The position numbers were made by a program, and so were the translations under genes. Source: an uncultured Gammaproteobacteria bacterium (GTDB lineage: Bacteria; Patescibacteriota; Microgenomatia; Levybacterales; UBA12049). Taken from it: a stretch of DNA of 64,000 nt. Positions 1-8,848 of this stretch are shown piece by piece. Position 1 is the first letter of the stretch; each line of letters opens with the position of its first letter. Below the pieces are notes generated by a model, which searched no databases, had not been told where the DNA came from, and saw only the letters and a list, made by a program, of their open reading frames with translations. The DNA lies in contig CAYQEJ010000001.1 of assembly GCA_964416505.1 (NCBI GenBank), positions 146,363 to 210,362 of the forward strand, in the 5' to 3' direction.

Positions 1-430
1 CTGGAGAAGTAGACATTACTAAACCTGGCTGCTGTGAGGAAGGCATAGAAGAAGCGATACTAAAACTGGTCTCAAAATGAGACTGTCTTGTTCCTCCTGA
101 TAAGCCATCATTTACACTTGATGTTTCACCAGCTTCATTCACTAAAGATTTAGAAAATGTCTGGTCAGAGAAACATCCGCTTGTAACAGCATTTGAAATT
201 CTCAAAGATTGCGTTCCAAATCCCGATGTAGATAAACTTCCTGAGACACCATGATCATACATCGCGCAACCAGATCCTGCTGCTCCTAGACTACTCCATC
301 CATCCTGCGCATTTACTGTGCCAGGATTATATGATTCAAAATTAACAGAAAGAGAATCAGCGAATGCTGGAGAAGCAAAACCAAAAACTGAAATTAATAA
401 GGAAAACGAAATTAATATTTTTTTAAACAT
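1..430 (-). CDS. Secreted/surface protein, 3' end beyond the window start (not in the ORF track)
   Basis: Open frame from ATG at 430 to the window edge: MFKKILISFSLLISVFGFASPAFA|DSLSVNFESYNPGTVNAQDGWSS... It has a classical Sec signal peptide with an AFA cleavage site, a Ser/Gly-rich mature region and a perfect SD upstream. Confidence 0.85.
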   Translation of the reverse strand, partial: MFKKILISFSLLISVFGFASPAFADSLSVNFESYNPGTVNAQDGWSSLGAAGSGCAMYDHGVSGSLSTSGFGTQSLRISNAVTSGCFSDQTFSKSLVNEAGETSSVNDGLSGGTRQSHFETSFSIASSMPSSQQPGLVMSTSP

Positions 431-435
431 TTGTT

Positions 436-462
436 TCACCTCCTTTCCTAAATCGCACTATA
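436..462 (-). promoter_or_regulatory. Strong Shine-Dalgarno (GAAAGGAGGTGA, 436-447) and extended -10 box (TG-A-TATAGT, hexamer 457-462)
   Basis: Read directly on the minus strand; the SD ends 5 nt before the ATG at 430. Confidence 0.8.
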
Positions 463-544
463 TCAAGAAAAACCTACTATAGGAATAACATTAAATGGAC
501 TAAAAGATATCAAAGGCTATTAATTTTTATGCTAGAATTGGTTT

Positions 545-1300
545 ATGGATGGTTCAGGACCAAAGGACATTAGGTCTCCAATTCAATCAGAACCTAAGAC
601 TCCTCTTTCACCCGCTCAAATAGCATTCAGGCAGTATTTCAGAGAAAGTTTTAGATTTACCCAGGGAAGCTTCACGAATCAAAAAGTTGTTACAAGCTGG
701 GTCGTCGCATCTGGATTAATGCCAGATGTAGAACTTCCAAGAAGAATGCCGTCATATTTAAAAACTGTTGCACCTCCCGGCGCACACTTGCAAAGATCAA
801 GCGAAGAACGAAAAGATGATTTGGATTTTGCATATAGAGAAGTGGTAAGAATAACAAAAGACGGAGCTAAAGCTACGCCAGAATATTTAGCAGGCAATAT
901 CTTAGGCGGTATGCTTCAAATGGAGCTAAAATATCAGCTAAGAGGTAGATATGGAAGAAGACCAAATGACGATATGTTTGATAGCTATATGCGAAGATAT
1001 CTAATTTTGGGCGAAGCTACTGGTTCTCCTATTTTAGATAAATTAGCATTGGAACTTAGGAGAAAGCTTGATGAATTAAGAAAAAAACCTCGAGAAGTTA
1101 TTGATCCTACTGAAAAATCCAAAAAGATTGCGGAGATTACCCGACTTCTTCGGGGAAATTTTGTCCAAGAACAGGATGCGATTAGTTTAATGCGCCAATT
1201 GGGACAAAGAGAATTACTTGCTCTTATTGAGGAATATTGGGAACTAAACCATAGTGGGAAAAAATTCTATCCCGAAGAAGCTCTTTCAACCGCAGAATAA
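545..1300 (+). CDS. Hypothetical protein
   Basis: 251-aa ORF with an extended -10 (TG-C-TAGAAT, 533-538) 6 nt before the ATG. No recognisable motif. Confidence 0.7.
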   Translation: MDGSGPKDIRSPIQSEPKTPLSPAQIAFRQYFRESFRFTQGSFTNQKVVTSWVVASGLMPDVELPRRMPSYLKTVAPPGAHLQRSSEERKDDLDFAYREVVRITKDGAKATPEYLAGNILGGMLQMELKYQLRGRYGRRPNDDMFDSYMRRYLILGEATGSPILDKLALELRRKLDELRKKPREVIDPTEKSKKIAEITRLLRGNFVQEQDAISLMRQLGQRELLALIEEYWELNHSGKKFYPEEALSTAE

Positions 1301-1303
1301 AAA

Positions 1304-1615
1304 TTAACCTAAATCAATCGCTCTTTCGTATGCTTCAACAAAAGTCATTGCTACACCAAATCCATGCGGATCTGCTTCAGCAACAGCCATCTGAGCTACT
1401 CTTTGCGCATGATAATGACCTGTCGCATATCTATGAACAAGGGATTTTGGACCACCAGTTTCCAGTAAATGAGCATCAAATATCTTGAGCGCTTGAAGCC
1501 TGGAATTTCTGTCTGCTCCAGGATCAGATATTATCTGATCTGCGTGTGCATCAGCTTGTGAATAATTAAACTTTGCTCCTTCGGGACCTCTTCCAAGTGT
1601 GTGTTCCATGAGCAT
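1304..1615 (-). CDS. Hypothetical protein
   Basis: 103-aa ORF with TATACT (1621-1626) 5 nt upstream of the ATG; convergent with the previous gene. Confidence 0.6.
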   Translation of the reverse strand: MLMEHTLGRGPEGAKFNYSQADAHADQIISDPGADRNSRLQALKIFDAHLLETGGPKSLVHRYATGHYHAQRVAQMAVAEADPHGFGVAMTFVEAYERAIDLG

Positions 1616-1668
1616 ATTATAGTATAAGATTAGGCAAAAATCAACAACTACAGGCCTATGCCATTTAC

Positions 1669-2112
1669 TTAATTTAGCCTGCCAGAATTTACTTGCGGAA
1701 AAACTACAACTGGAGGCTCAAGTCTTCTCTCAATCATTTTAAGAGCTACTTTGGCTAAATCATCCATTTTAAAATATTTTCTTCTTTCCCCAACTCTTGC
1801 TTGATCTACCTCCGTAGCCGGCTCATCACCATTCCAGTCTGAAAGCATGGCTACCTGATGTGAATGCAAGCCTGAAGCATATGTATTAATTATCGTAAAT
1901 CTTGGCCTTCCAGTCTCATCGACAAATGCAGTATTCAAAGAAACCATTATTGTTTCATGCCCTGCTAAAGAAAATGTGTCCGACAAAACTTCCTCATTAA
2001 GAGGTTTTCCAGTTTTTCTTGAATAATCCAATAATGCTTTTGCTACTTGATCAAAAGGAGAACTTGGACGTTCACCTTCTTTTTGAGATCTTCTGCGTAC
2101 TCTTTCAGCCAT
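1669..2112 (-). CDS. Hypothetical protein (start revised to ATG 2112)
   Basis: The ORF track starts at GTG 2118, only 2 nt from TATAAT (2121-2126). ATG 2112 (MAERVRRR) is 8 nt from that -10 box. Confidence 0.65.
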   Translation of the reverse strand: MAERVRRRSQKEGERPSSPFDQVAKALLDYSRKTGKPLNEEVLSDTFSLAGHETIMVSLNTAFVDETGRPRFTIINTYASGLHSHQVAMLSDWNGDEPATEVDQARVGERRKYFKMDDLAKVALKMIERRLEPPVVVFPQVNSGRLN

Positions 2113-2223
2113 AGCCACGAATTATAGCAGAAATTATTTTAATTTTAAAAATAGCAAATAGATATCGCGAAATTAAAAAAATTTTAATTTACTGAATAAG
2201 GCTAACGTGGATAATTATAATTA

Positions 2224-3711
2224 TTATCTTTCGTAAATGTATAGATTTAGATTATAAAATGGAATTTCTTTTTCCAAAGGATAAAGGTCTTTAATGGCCG
2301 ACTTAATAACTTTGATTTCATTCATTTCTTTATTAGTTATTGGAGACAAGTAACCTATCATTAAACACACTTTTAAACTCTCTCTATTCTCTGACTGTAC
2401 GGCATCTCTAACATTTTTAAAATTTATATCAAAATTATCGCTATACAGTAATTTATACCAAGTAGGAAAATCTGATATTATTCTTGAATCATAGTAAGAT
2501 AAGTAACCATGATCCTTAATCCATTGTGGATAAAATAGTTTTAAACTATCATGGCAATTATTAACCATATAGTTTGATATTCCTCGATAATCTTCTTTTT
2601 TATAATTTAAATAATAGTTAGTTAAACCGAGAGCAGATAGAATTATTATTACTATCATTACAGCAATAAATAACTTATTATCTATAATTTTTTTATTTTG
2701 TTTATAGAGATAGCTTAATCCTAAAGAAAAATAAATTATCATATAGGGCATTACGAAAATTAAATATCTGTCTACAAAAAGTGGCTTCACAAATGATACT
2801 AGACAAGTTATTAATAATGGGATGAAACACAAATTAAAGATTAAAATTATTTTCAGTTTTTCCAAATTACTTTTATATTTAAAAATTAAATTTTTTACTA
2901 ATATCGTCGACGATAGGAATCCGAAAATATAAATACTCGTGTATAGTAATCCATTATTTCCAATAATTTTGTTTAAAAAATTGATTAAAGTCTTTGCATT
3001 AATTTTTTGTATCCAATTCAATGAATTATTTGAATTCGAATTAACAAAATAATAAACAGGTAAAATACATAATATAGTAATTAAATATGATGCTAATATT
3101 GTTTTCCAAGGAAACTTTTCATTATAAAATATTAAATAAAACAAAATAGAAATTGCATGAGATAAAATAACAAGTAAGGCAAAAAAATGTGCATAAATTG
3201 ATAATATGTTTATTATTGTATATATAAAAACATATTTTAGAGATTTATTTTCACCGAATTTAATTAGTAAATAAGTAGATACTAATGTTAGTAACGTCAC
3301 CAAGCTATATGCCCGTAGCTCCTGCGCATATTGCACATTAAAAGAATTAATTGAAATTAAAAATGAGGACAAAATACCTATTATGATTGATTTCTTCCGA
3401 TCCTTCAATAAGCTACTTCCTATCAAATATACAAATGGGACTGCGACAACCGAAAAAAATACAGGTAAAAGTCTTAAATTAAATTCAGAATTATAATTAA
3501 TAAATTTTGCCCAAAGATTTAAAAGAAAATAAAATAATCCCATGTTTAATTCCGTTTGAAATATATAAGGAATAATTTTTTCTATACCTATGTTTAAATA
3601 ACGCGTGCTAAATAATTCATCTTGCCAAAAAGATAATTTATCTAAATAAACAATTCTTAGAATAATTGAGAGAATCAAAATAGTAAAAAAAGTAATTTTG
3701 TAGCGAACCAT
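2224..3711 (-). CDS. GT-C fold membrane glycosyltransferase (GT39/PMT_2-like)
   Basis: Multi-pass protein with SFWQDE after TM1, plus LRLLPV.FS, YAQELRAYSL and DRYL motifs. Confidence 0.8.
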   Translation of the reverse strand: MVRYKITFFTILILSIILRIVYLDKLSFWQDELFSTRYLNIGIEKIIPYIFQTELNMGLFYFLLNLWAKFINYNSEFNLRLLPVFFSVVAVPFVYLIGSSLLKDRKKSIIIGILSSFLISINSFNVQYAQELRAYSLVTLLTLVSTYLLIKFGENKSLKYVFIYTIINILSIYAHFFALLVILSHAISILFYLIFYNEKFPWKTILASYLITILCILPVYYFVNSNSNNSLNWIQKINAKTLINFLNKIIGNNGLLYTSIYIFGFLSSTILVKNLIFKYKSNLEKLKIILIFNLCFIPLLITCLVSFVKPLFVDRYLIFVMPYMIIYFSLGLSYLYKQNKKIIDNKLFIAVMIVIIILSALGLTNYYLNYKKEDYRGISNYMVNNCHDSLKLFYPQWIKDHGYLSYYDSRIISDFPTWYKLLYSDNFDINFKNVRDAVQSENRESLKVCLMIGYLSPITNKEMNEIKVIKSAIKDLYPLEKEIPFYNLNLYIYER

Positions 3712-3721
3712 GATTTTTATT

Positions 3722-5314
3722 TTATGTCTTATTTATTTCTAGTTTTGTATTTTCATATTCATATTCATCTTTTCTAATTATCTCTAATGCTGTGCTGATG
3801 TTAATCCAAACAAATATTACTGTCAGTACAAAATCGTATATTATCCACAATTGTAATGACCAGTATTTATAATTAAAAATTTTTATATCTCCAATTTTTA
3901 TCCCAAGCAAAATTAAGTATATAAATATAATCATATATATTGACGAGAAAATAAGAGTCTGCTGATAGGCTTTGGATAGGTTTCTTTGCCTGGTATTTGT
4001 AGAAACCCAACCAACAGATCTTTTAAAAATTGAGGCTGTAACAGCATGAGAATAAGCATAAATTCTCGATATTAAAATTGAAAAATAACCAGGTTTAAAT
4101 TTTGCAATTTGGAATAAAAAAACAAAAATAAATGAAAAAATAATGTTAGGAAGATATAAATAACTTATTCCTTTTGGAACAAAATCATTGTAGATAAATA
4201 AAACCCAAAACAATTGTAGAGGTAATATGAAAATTAATGGATTATGAAGATAAAACATGAAACCAGTTATATAGCAGAATTTAGTTTTCCAACTTACACT
4301 CGCAAACCAGAATCTTCTTGAGAACATCATACTCATACTTCCCATACACCAACGATGCTGCTGATGAAAAAAAGTATAATTATTATCTGGGCATAAACCC
4401 ATAGCCAGAATTACAGGCATGTAAGATACTAGATATCCTCTTGTAACAAGCTCGAAGCCAGTATGCGCATCTTCGCTGTGTTCTATTTGATAAGGTCCAC
4501 CTATTTCTTCCAAGGCTGATCTTCTGTAAACAGCATTTGAGCCACAGCAAATAGTCCCATTGAACCTTGACCTCGATACCTGTATAAAACGATAGAATGG
4601 TTCTTCGGCAAATGCAGAATTATATGCTATCTTGGAACTTTTATAAGATTCCATAGAATTATCAAAATACTGCGGAGTTTGTAGTATGCCTATTTTCTTG
4701 TTAGTCATATATGGAAGTGTGTGTTTGATGAAATCAGAATTGGGTGCAAAATCCGCATCAAAAATGATTATATACTCACCAGTTGAATTCTCGAAACCAT
4801 ATTTTAAATTTCCTGCTTTTTTCATCTCACCGACATTCTGCCTTCTTAAATAAGAGAATCCGTATTTTCTACATAAATCTCTTATCTGATCTGGATAGTT
4901 CTTGGAATCATCTAGAACATATACTTTGTAGTTCTTGTAATCTAATTTATTAACATAATGCCAAGTATTTTCTAGAATTAAAATATCTTCACCGCTTATA
5001 GGAAGAAAAATGTCTACTGATGGCTCATTTCCCTCTTTCCAATACTCATTTATAAATTCCAAATGTTTATTTTTATTAAATTGTTTATAAAATAAATTCA
5101 GGCTAAAACTAAATAACTGATAAATTGTAAGGAAAATCATAATTGGGGCAATTATGAATGTATAAAACGGATCAAGTCCTATTACCGAAAGGTACCCAAT
5201 CGAAATTAGAATCCAAGAAAATATACCAAAAGAATAAAAAGAATATATCTTCCAATTTGGGGTCTTATCAATATATAGAAACTTGTCTATTTTTGAAGGA
5301 TTGGGAAGAAGCAT
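3722..5314 (-). CDS. Cellulose-synthase-like processive GT2 (CesA/BcsA catalytic type, no PilZ domain)
   Basis: LDDS, KAGNL, FDADF, QTPQ, CGSNA, SED and QQHRW motifs; 2 N-terminal and several C-terminal TM helices. Confidence 0.88.
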   Translation of the reverse strand: MLLPNPSKIDKFLYIDKTPNWKIYSFYSFGIFSWILISIGYLSVIGLDPFYTFIIAPIMIFLTIYQLFSFSLNLFYKQFNKNKHLEFINEYWKEGNEPSVDIFLPISGEDILILENTWHYVNKLDYKNYKVYVLDDSKNYPDQIRDLCRKYGFSYLRRQNVGEMKKAGNLKYGFENSTGEYIIIFDADFAPNSDFIKHTLPYMTNKKIGILQTPQYFDNSMESYKSSKIAYNSAFAEEPFYRFIQVSRSRFNGTICCGSNAVYRRSALEEIGGPYQIEHSEDAHTGFELVTRGYLVSYMPVILAMGLCPDNNYTFFHQQHRWCMGSMSMMFSRRFWFASVSWKTKFCYITGFMFYLHNPLIFILPLQLFWVLFIYNDFVPKGISYLYLPNIIFSFIFVFLFQIAKFKPGYFSILISRIYAYSHAVTASIFKRSVGWVSTNTRQRNLSKAYQQTLIFSSIYMIIFIYLILLGIKIGDIKIFNYKYWSLQLWIIYDFVLTVIFVWINISTALEIIRKDEYEYENTKLEINKT

Positions 5315-5319
5315 TTATT

Positions 5320-5595
5320 TTAATAATTTTCCTGAGCTTCATTTATAAAAGATGAAATTCTTTCATTAAAATTATTATTTTTTATTATCACAATTTCACA
5401 CCTAGGTATTTTAACTATTTTATTTTTATTAGCAAATATTTTTATTATTTTATTCTCATATTTACATACTAGTTTAATCTTAACAGGAGGAGGAGTACCT
5501 GGAGGTAGATTTGCACCACCGTATGCAAACGTAGATCTAGTTAAAAAAACAGAAAAAAAAGAAAGTAATAATGCAGTAACAATAATTTTTTTCAT
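5320..5595 (-). CDS. Small secreted protein
   Basis: Signal peptide MKKIIVTALLLSFFSVFLTRSTFA|YGG, Pro-rich linker, two Cys residues; sits between the two GT2 genes. Confidence 0.7.
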   Translation of the reverse strand: MKKIIVTALLLSFFSVFLTRSTFAYGGANLPPGTPPPVKIKLVCKYENKIIKIFANKNKIVKIPRCEIVIIKNNNFNERISSFINEAQENY

Positions 5596-5606
5596 GATAA
5601 GTATTG

Positions 5607-5646
5607 AAGCTTGATTTTTTCACAATCCAATAAAAAAATCAAGCTT
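5607..5646. repeat. Perfect 14-bp inverted repeat (AAGCTTGATTTTTT-N12-AAAAAATCAAGCTT)
   Basis: Arms at 5607-5620 and 5633-5646, filling the intergenic gap. Confidence 0.8.
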
Positions 5647-5657
5647 TTGAAAAATAA

Positions 5658-7322
5658 TCAGACACCATCTTCAAATTGGATTTTTTTAAAAGGTAAAATA
5701 AAATCTTTAAATTTATAATAAATGATTTTCAAATCCTCTAAATATGAAACTGTTATTAACCCACTAAAAAATAGGGTAGTGTAGATAGCCCAAAATCTCA
5801 TGACTAAAGATTCATGGTTGAATATTATGCTAAATATTAATCCCCAGCTTAAGAAATATATTATAATTAAAAAGGGTTTGAATATTTTTATCCCTCCTCC
5901 CCTAATATTTGAACTATTATTCTTCGAAGTTACAACATATGTTAACTTTCCTCTTGTTAAAAACTTAATGAATGCAAGAGTATAAATTATATTTGCCATC
6001 TGAGAAATTATCATTCCCCGTAAACCAATGACAGGCTCATTCTTGGGATCAATATAGTATTTATGCAAATAAACCATAATCATCATTCCTGATAAGTAAG
6101 CTGGAAAAGAATAACTTATCCACTCATTAAATTTCATATTTGCCGAAGTAATTCCAAATGCCAAATATAAAAAGATAAGTATAACTCCAAAAAAAGTTGA
6201 CAGTCCAGTAAAATAAAATAGCTGAGAGTAAAATATATTAATTTTTTGTTTTAGGGTAAGTTTAAAAAAATGTTTATATGAATGTTTAAAAAGTATCTCA
6301 AACAATCCATAGCTCCACCTTGTCTGCTGATTAAAATAACCTACCCAATTAACAGGCCCATGTCCCTCTGCTACTACTTGTGGAAGATATACCCCTTTCC
6401 ATCCATTACTAAAAAAATATACACCAGTCAAATAATCTTCAGCTATCGTAGGAATATATCCCCCAAAATTTTTCATAGCTTCAACCCTATATACATGCGT
6501 CGTTCCTATTAAAAAAGGCATATTTGCACCATAGAATCCCTGCTGCATTGGACCATAATAAAAATGTGTCTGCTCAGATGCCCCACGCGCTATCCAATTG
6601 TTGGTATTTTTATATACCTGTGGTGCTCCTACAAATCCAACTTTAGGATCTTTAAAATATCCAAGTTGCTTTGTGAGGTAATTTCTGTACGGTAGATGAT
6701 CCATATCCACCTGCGCTACTATATCGTAAAGATGCTCATACTCATTCCTCCAGGAATTCAAATTACCAGCCTTAGTCTTTTTCTTAAACCATCCCTGATT
6801 TTGATTATAGTGCTCAAGACCTTTTCTGGAAAAATAATTAATACCTAATTTTTTACAAATTAGCTTAACCTCATCAGTATTGCCTTCATCTAAAACCCAT
6901 GTATCATGCTTGTAATCCGCATCTCGCATAGCAGCGAGTGTCTCTTCAAGCATCTCTAATGGCTCATCTCCTGGTACGTAACATGTTAGGAATGCAACCC
7001 TCAATCCCTCAGGAGGGTCCTCGTGTCTGGGCCTTCTCATAAACCAGGTAGTGAACCAGGTACCAACTCTCAAAAATAAACCAATAAATACAACAAAAGA
7101 CAAAAACCCAAAAAGAAGATAATCAAATATAAAACTATAGTTGAAAGAATCATGAAACCAGTTATTAGGAAGGTGTTGAGGGTTAAACCACCATACAAGA
7201 TATCTTATAGTTGTAAAAAGTCCAACTGTGATTAGAATTAAGTAAAAAACTTTTTCGACACGTGTCATCGGCGAATAGTTCTTTACCTCAAAAGAGTTCG
7301 ATTTATTCTTTCTAAAAAACAT
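5658..7322 (-). CDS. Cellulose-synthase-like processive GT2 (second, divergent copy)
   Basis: LDEG, KAGNLN, DMDH, APQ, AED and QQTRW motifs; multi-pass; no PilZ domain. Confidence 0.88.
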   Translation of the reverse strand: MFFRKNKSNSFEVKNYSPMTRVEKVFYLILITVGLFTTIRYLVWWFNPQHLPNNWFHDSFNYSFIFDYLLFGFLSFVVFIGLFLRVGTWFTTWFMRRPRHEDPPEGLRVAFLTCYVPGDEPLEMLEETLAAMRDADYKHDTWVLDEGNTDEVKLICKKLGINYFSRKGLEHYNQNQGWFKKKTKAGNLNSWRNEYEHLYDIVAQVDMDHLPYRNYLTKQLGYFKDPKVGFVGAPQVYKNTNNWIARGASEQTHFYYGPMQQGFYGANMPFLIGTTHVYRVEAMKNFGGYIPTIAEDYLTGVYFFSNGWKGVYLPQVVAEGHGPVNWVGYFNQQTRWSYGLFEILFKHSYKHFFKLTLKQKINIFYSQLFYFTGLSTFFGVILIFLYLAFGITSANMKFNEWISYSFPAYLSGMMIMVYLHKYYIDPKNEPVIGLRGMIISQMANIIYTLAFIKFLTRGKLTYVVTSKNNSSNIRGGGIKIFKPFLIIIYFLSWGLIFSIIFNHESLVMRFWAIYTTLFFSGLITVSYLEDLKIIYYKFKDFILPFKKIQFEDGV

Positions 7323-7368
7323 GGAAAAATATTATACTATAAGGCGGTTATCTAATCTAGCTTACTAT

Positions 7369-8484
7369 CTATTCTTGCAATATTAATACATTTTTATTAC
7401 TGAAGGAAGATCTATATATTGGTTTCTTCAGGTACTTTTTTAATGAATTCAGAGAATCCTTATCGCTGTCTATTAGCCAATTTGCATTTTCCTCTTTTGT
7501 TTTATCCTCATTAAAAAAAATAATAGCATCAATCTCTGTAAACCTAGTTGGGATTTCTAAATCAAGTAAATCACGATACCAATCAGCTTTACTACCCCCT
7601 TGGCTTACTGAATTAGTTTCTGCAATCATGAATTTTTTATTTGGAGCAAGCTTAAGCATTTTATAATATGATTTTGAAAAAATCGTCTCAAACTCATGCC
7701 ATGAACTCCACGACTGTGTTTCCCCCCAGTTGTAACCATCCAAAGCAACCCAATCAACGTATTCATCACCAGGATAAAGCTCAATAAAATCAATACTGTT
7801 TGGAGTATCTACATTTGGCGAAAACACCCAGATAATATTCGTAGCACCCTGATCATTAAAAATTTCATGAACCCTTCTCCAGGCATTAATAAAATCTTTA
7901 TTAGTACTATATGTTTTCTTAATTCCCCAATCCATTGTATCTAGATTCATTTCCCAAGCAAATCTAATAAATACAGGTTTCTTATAATTAGCAATGTTTT
8001 TCCCAGCTCTTTTTATAAATTCATCACAAACACCTTTATATATAGCTTCATATAAATTGTTTTTACTGGAAATGCATTCTTTGAAAAAATAAGGATTTGT
8101 GCTAATCATAGGGATCCACTTTTGGCGAGAAATATCATTCAACTCATCGACAAGAAGAGGATTACCCAATTGTTCCCATCCGTGGTAATAATTTACTATA
8201 GCCACTTTCTTATCTATTTTTTTCTCTATTAACCTCATTACGTGTGGATTTATCTTCTTTGTATTTAAGTCATAAAAATTATCTGTCCAGAATCCGATAT
8301 ATACACTCCTTTCTTCTTTTTGCAAATCAGCGCTATTTATATTTTTTTTATTACTATCCCTTAAATGAGGTAGCATACCCAAAGAAAGATATAGAATTAG
8401 CGCAATAGTGCATAAGAAAATTACTAAAAACTTAATTTTGTTTCCTGTTTTATTTGAGTTAATTTCACTATAATCTATCATCAA
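7369..8484 (-). CDS. Membrane-anchored glycoside hydrolase family 26 (beta-mannanase/lichenase-like)
   Basis: N-terminal TM helix; IRFAWEMN (acid/base), IWVFSPN, YPGDEYVDWVALDGYN and MIAET (nucleophile). Confidence 0.88.
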   Translation of the reverse strand: MMIDYSEINSNKTGNKIKFLVIFLCTIALILYLSLGMLPHLRDSNKKNINSADLQKEERSVYIGFWTDNFYDLNTKKINPHVMRLIEKKIDKKVAIVNYYHGWEQLGNPLLVDELNDISRQKWIPMISTNPYFFKECISSKNNLYEAIYKGVCDEFIKRAGKNIANYKKPVFIRFAWEMNLDTMDWGIKKTYSTNKDFINAWRRVHEIFNDQGATNIIWVFSPNVDTPNSIDFIELYPGDEYVDWVALDGYNWGETQSWSSWHEFETIFSKSYYKMLKLAPNKKFMIAETNSVSQGGSKADWYRDLLDLEIPTRFTEIDAIIFFNEDKTKEENANWLIDSDKDSLNSLKKYLKKPIYRSSFSNKNVLILQE

Positions 8485-8527
8485 GTATTAAATTATACAT
8501 GAAATGTCCGAAAATTAATTAGAAACT

Positions 8528-8806
8528 TTAATAAGAAACTGTGGGGACTGGAGAGGTCATATCATCGTCTGTTTTATTATCGTTATCATTCATTAACTTG
8601 CTTTTTACTTCTTCCTTGATCACATGAGATTTATCATATTTAGTATCATCCATATTATCGGATTTATATACCAGAACAGCAAATCCGAGAGCAACAACTG
8701 CAAAAATCGGTAATAACCACTTAAGATGAGGATGAGCACTAAATAAATCTTTCTGACTTGGTTTTGCTGGAGCTTTTGTAGACTTTACTGATTTCTTTTT
8801 GGGCAT
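8528..8806 (-). CDS. Small single-pass membrane protein (start revised to ATG 8806)
   Basis: TTGACA(8837-8842)-18 nt-CAATAT(8813-8818)-6 nt-ATG. The product MPKKKS... has a basic N-terminus, one TM helix and an acidic tail. Confidence 0.65.
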   Translation of the reverse strand: MPKKKSVKSTKAPAKPSQKDLFSAHPHLKWLLPIFAVVALGFAVLVYKSDNMDDTKYDKSHVIKEEVKSKLMNDNDNKTDDDMTSPVPTVSY

Positions 8807-8848
8807 ATATCTATATTGCCAAAGAAATAAACATCTTGTCAATAGGTA

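Noticed and set aside
2170-2190. AAATTAAAA/TTTTAATTT inverted repeat at the edge of the AT-rich cassette
   Set aside because: A/T-only stem, expected by chance at this composition; no matching repeat was found at the other cassette end.
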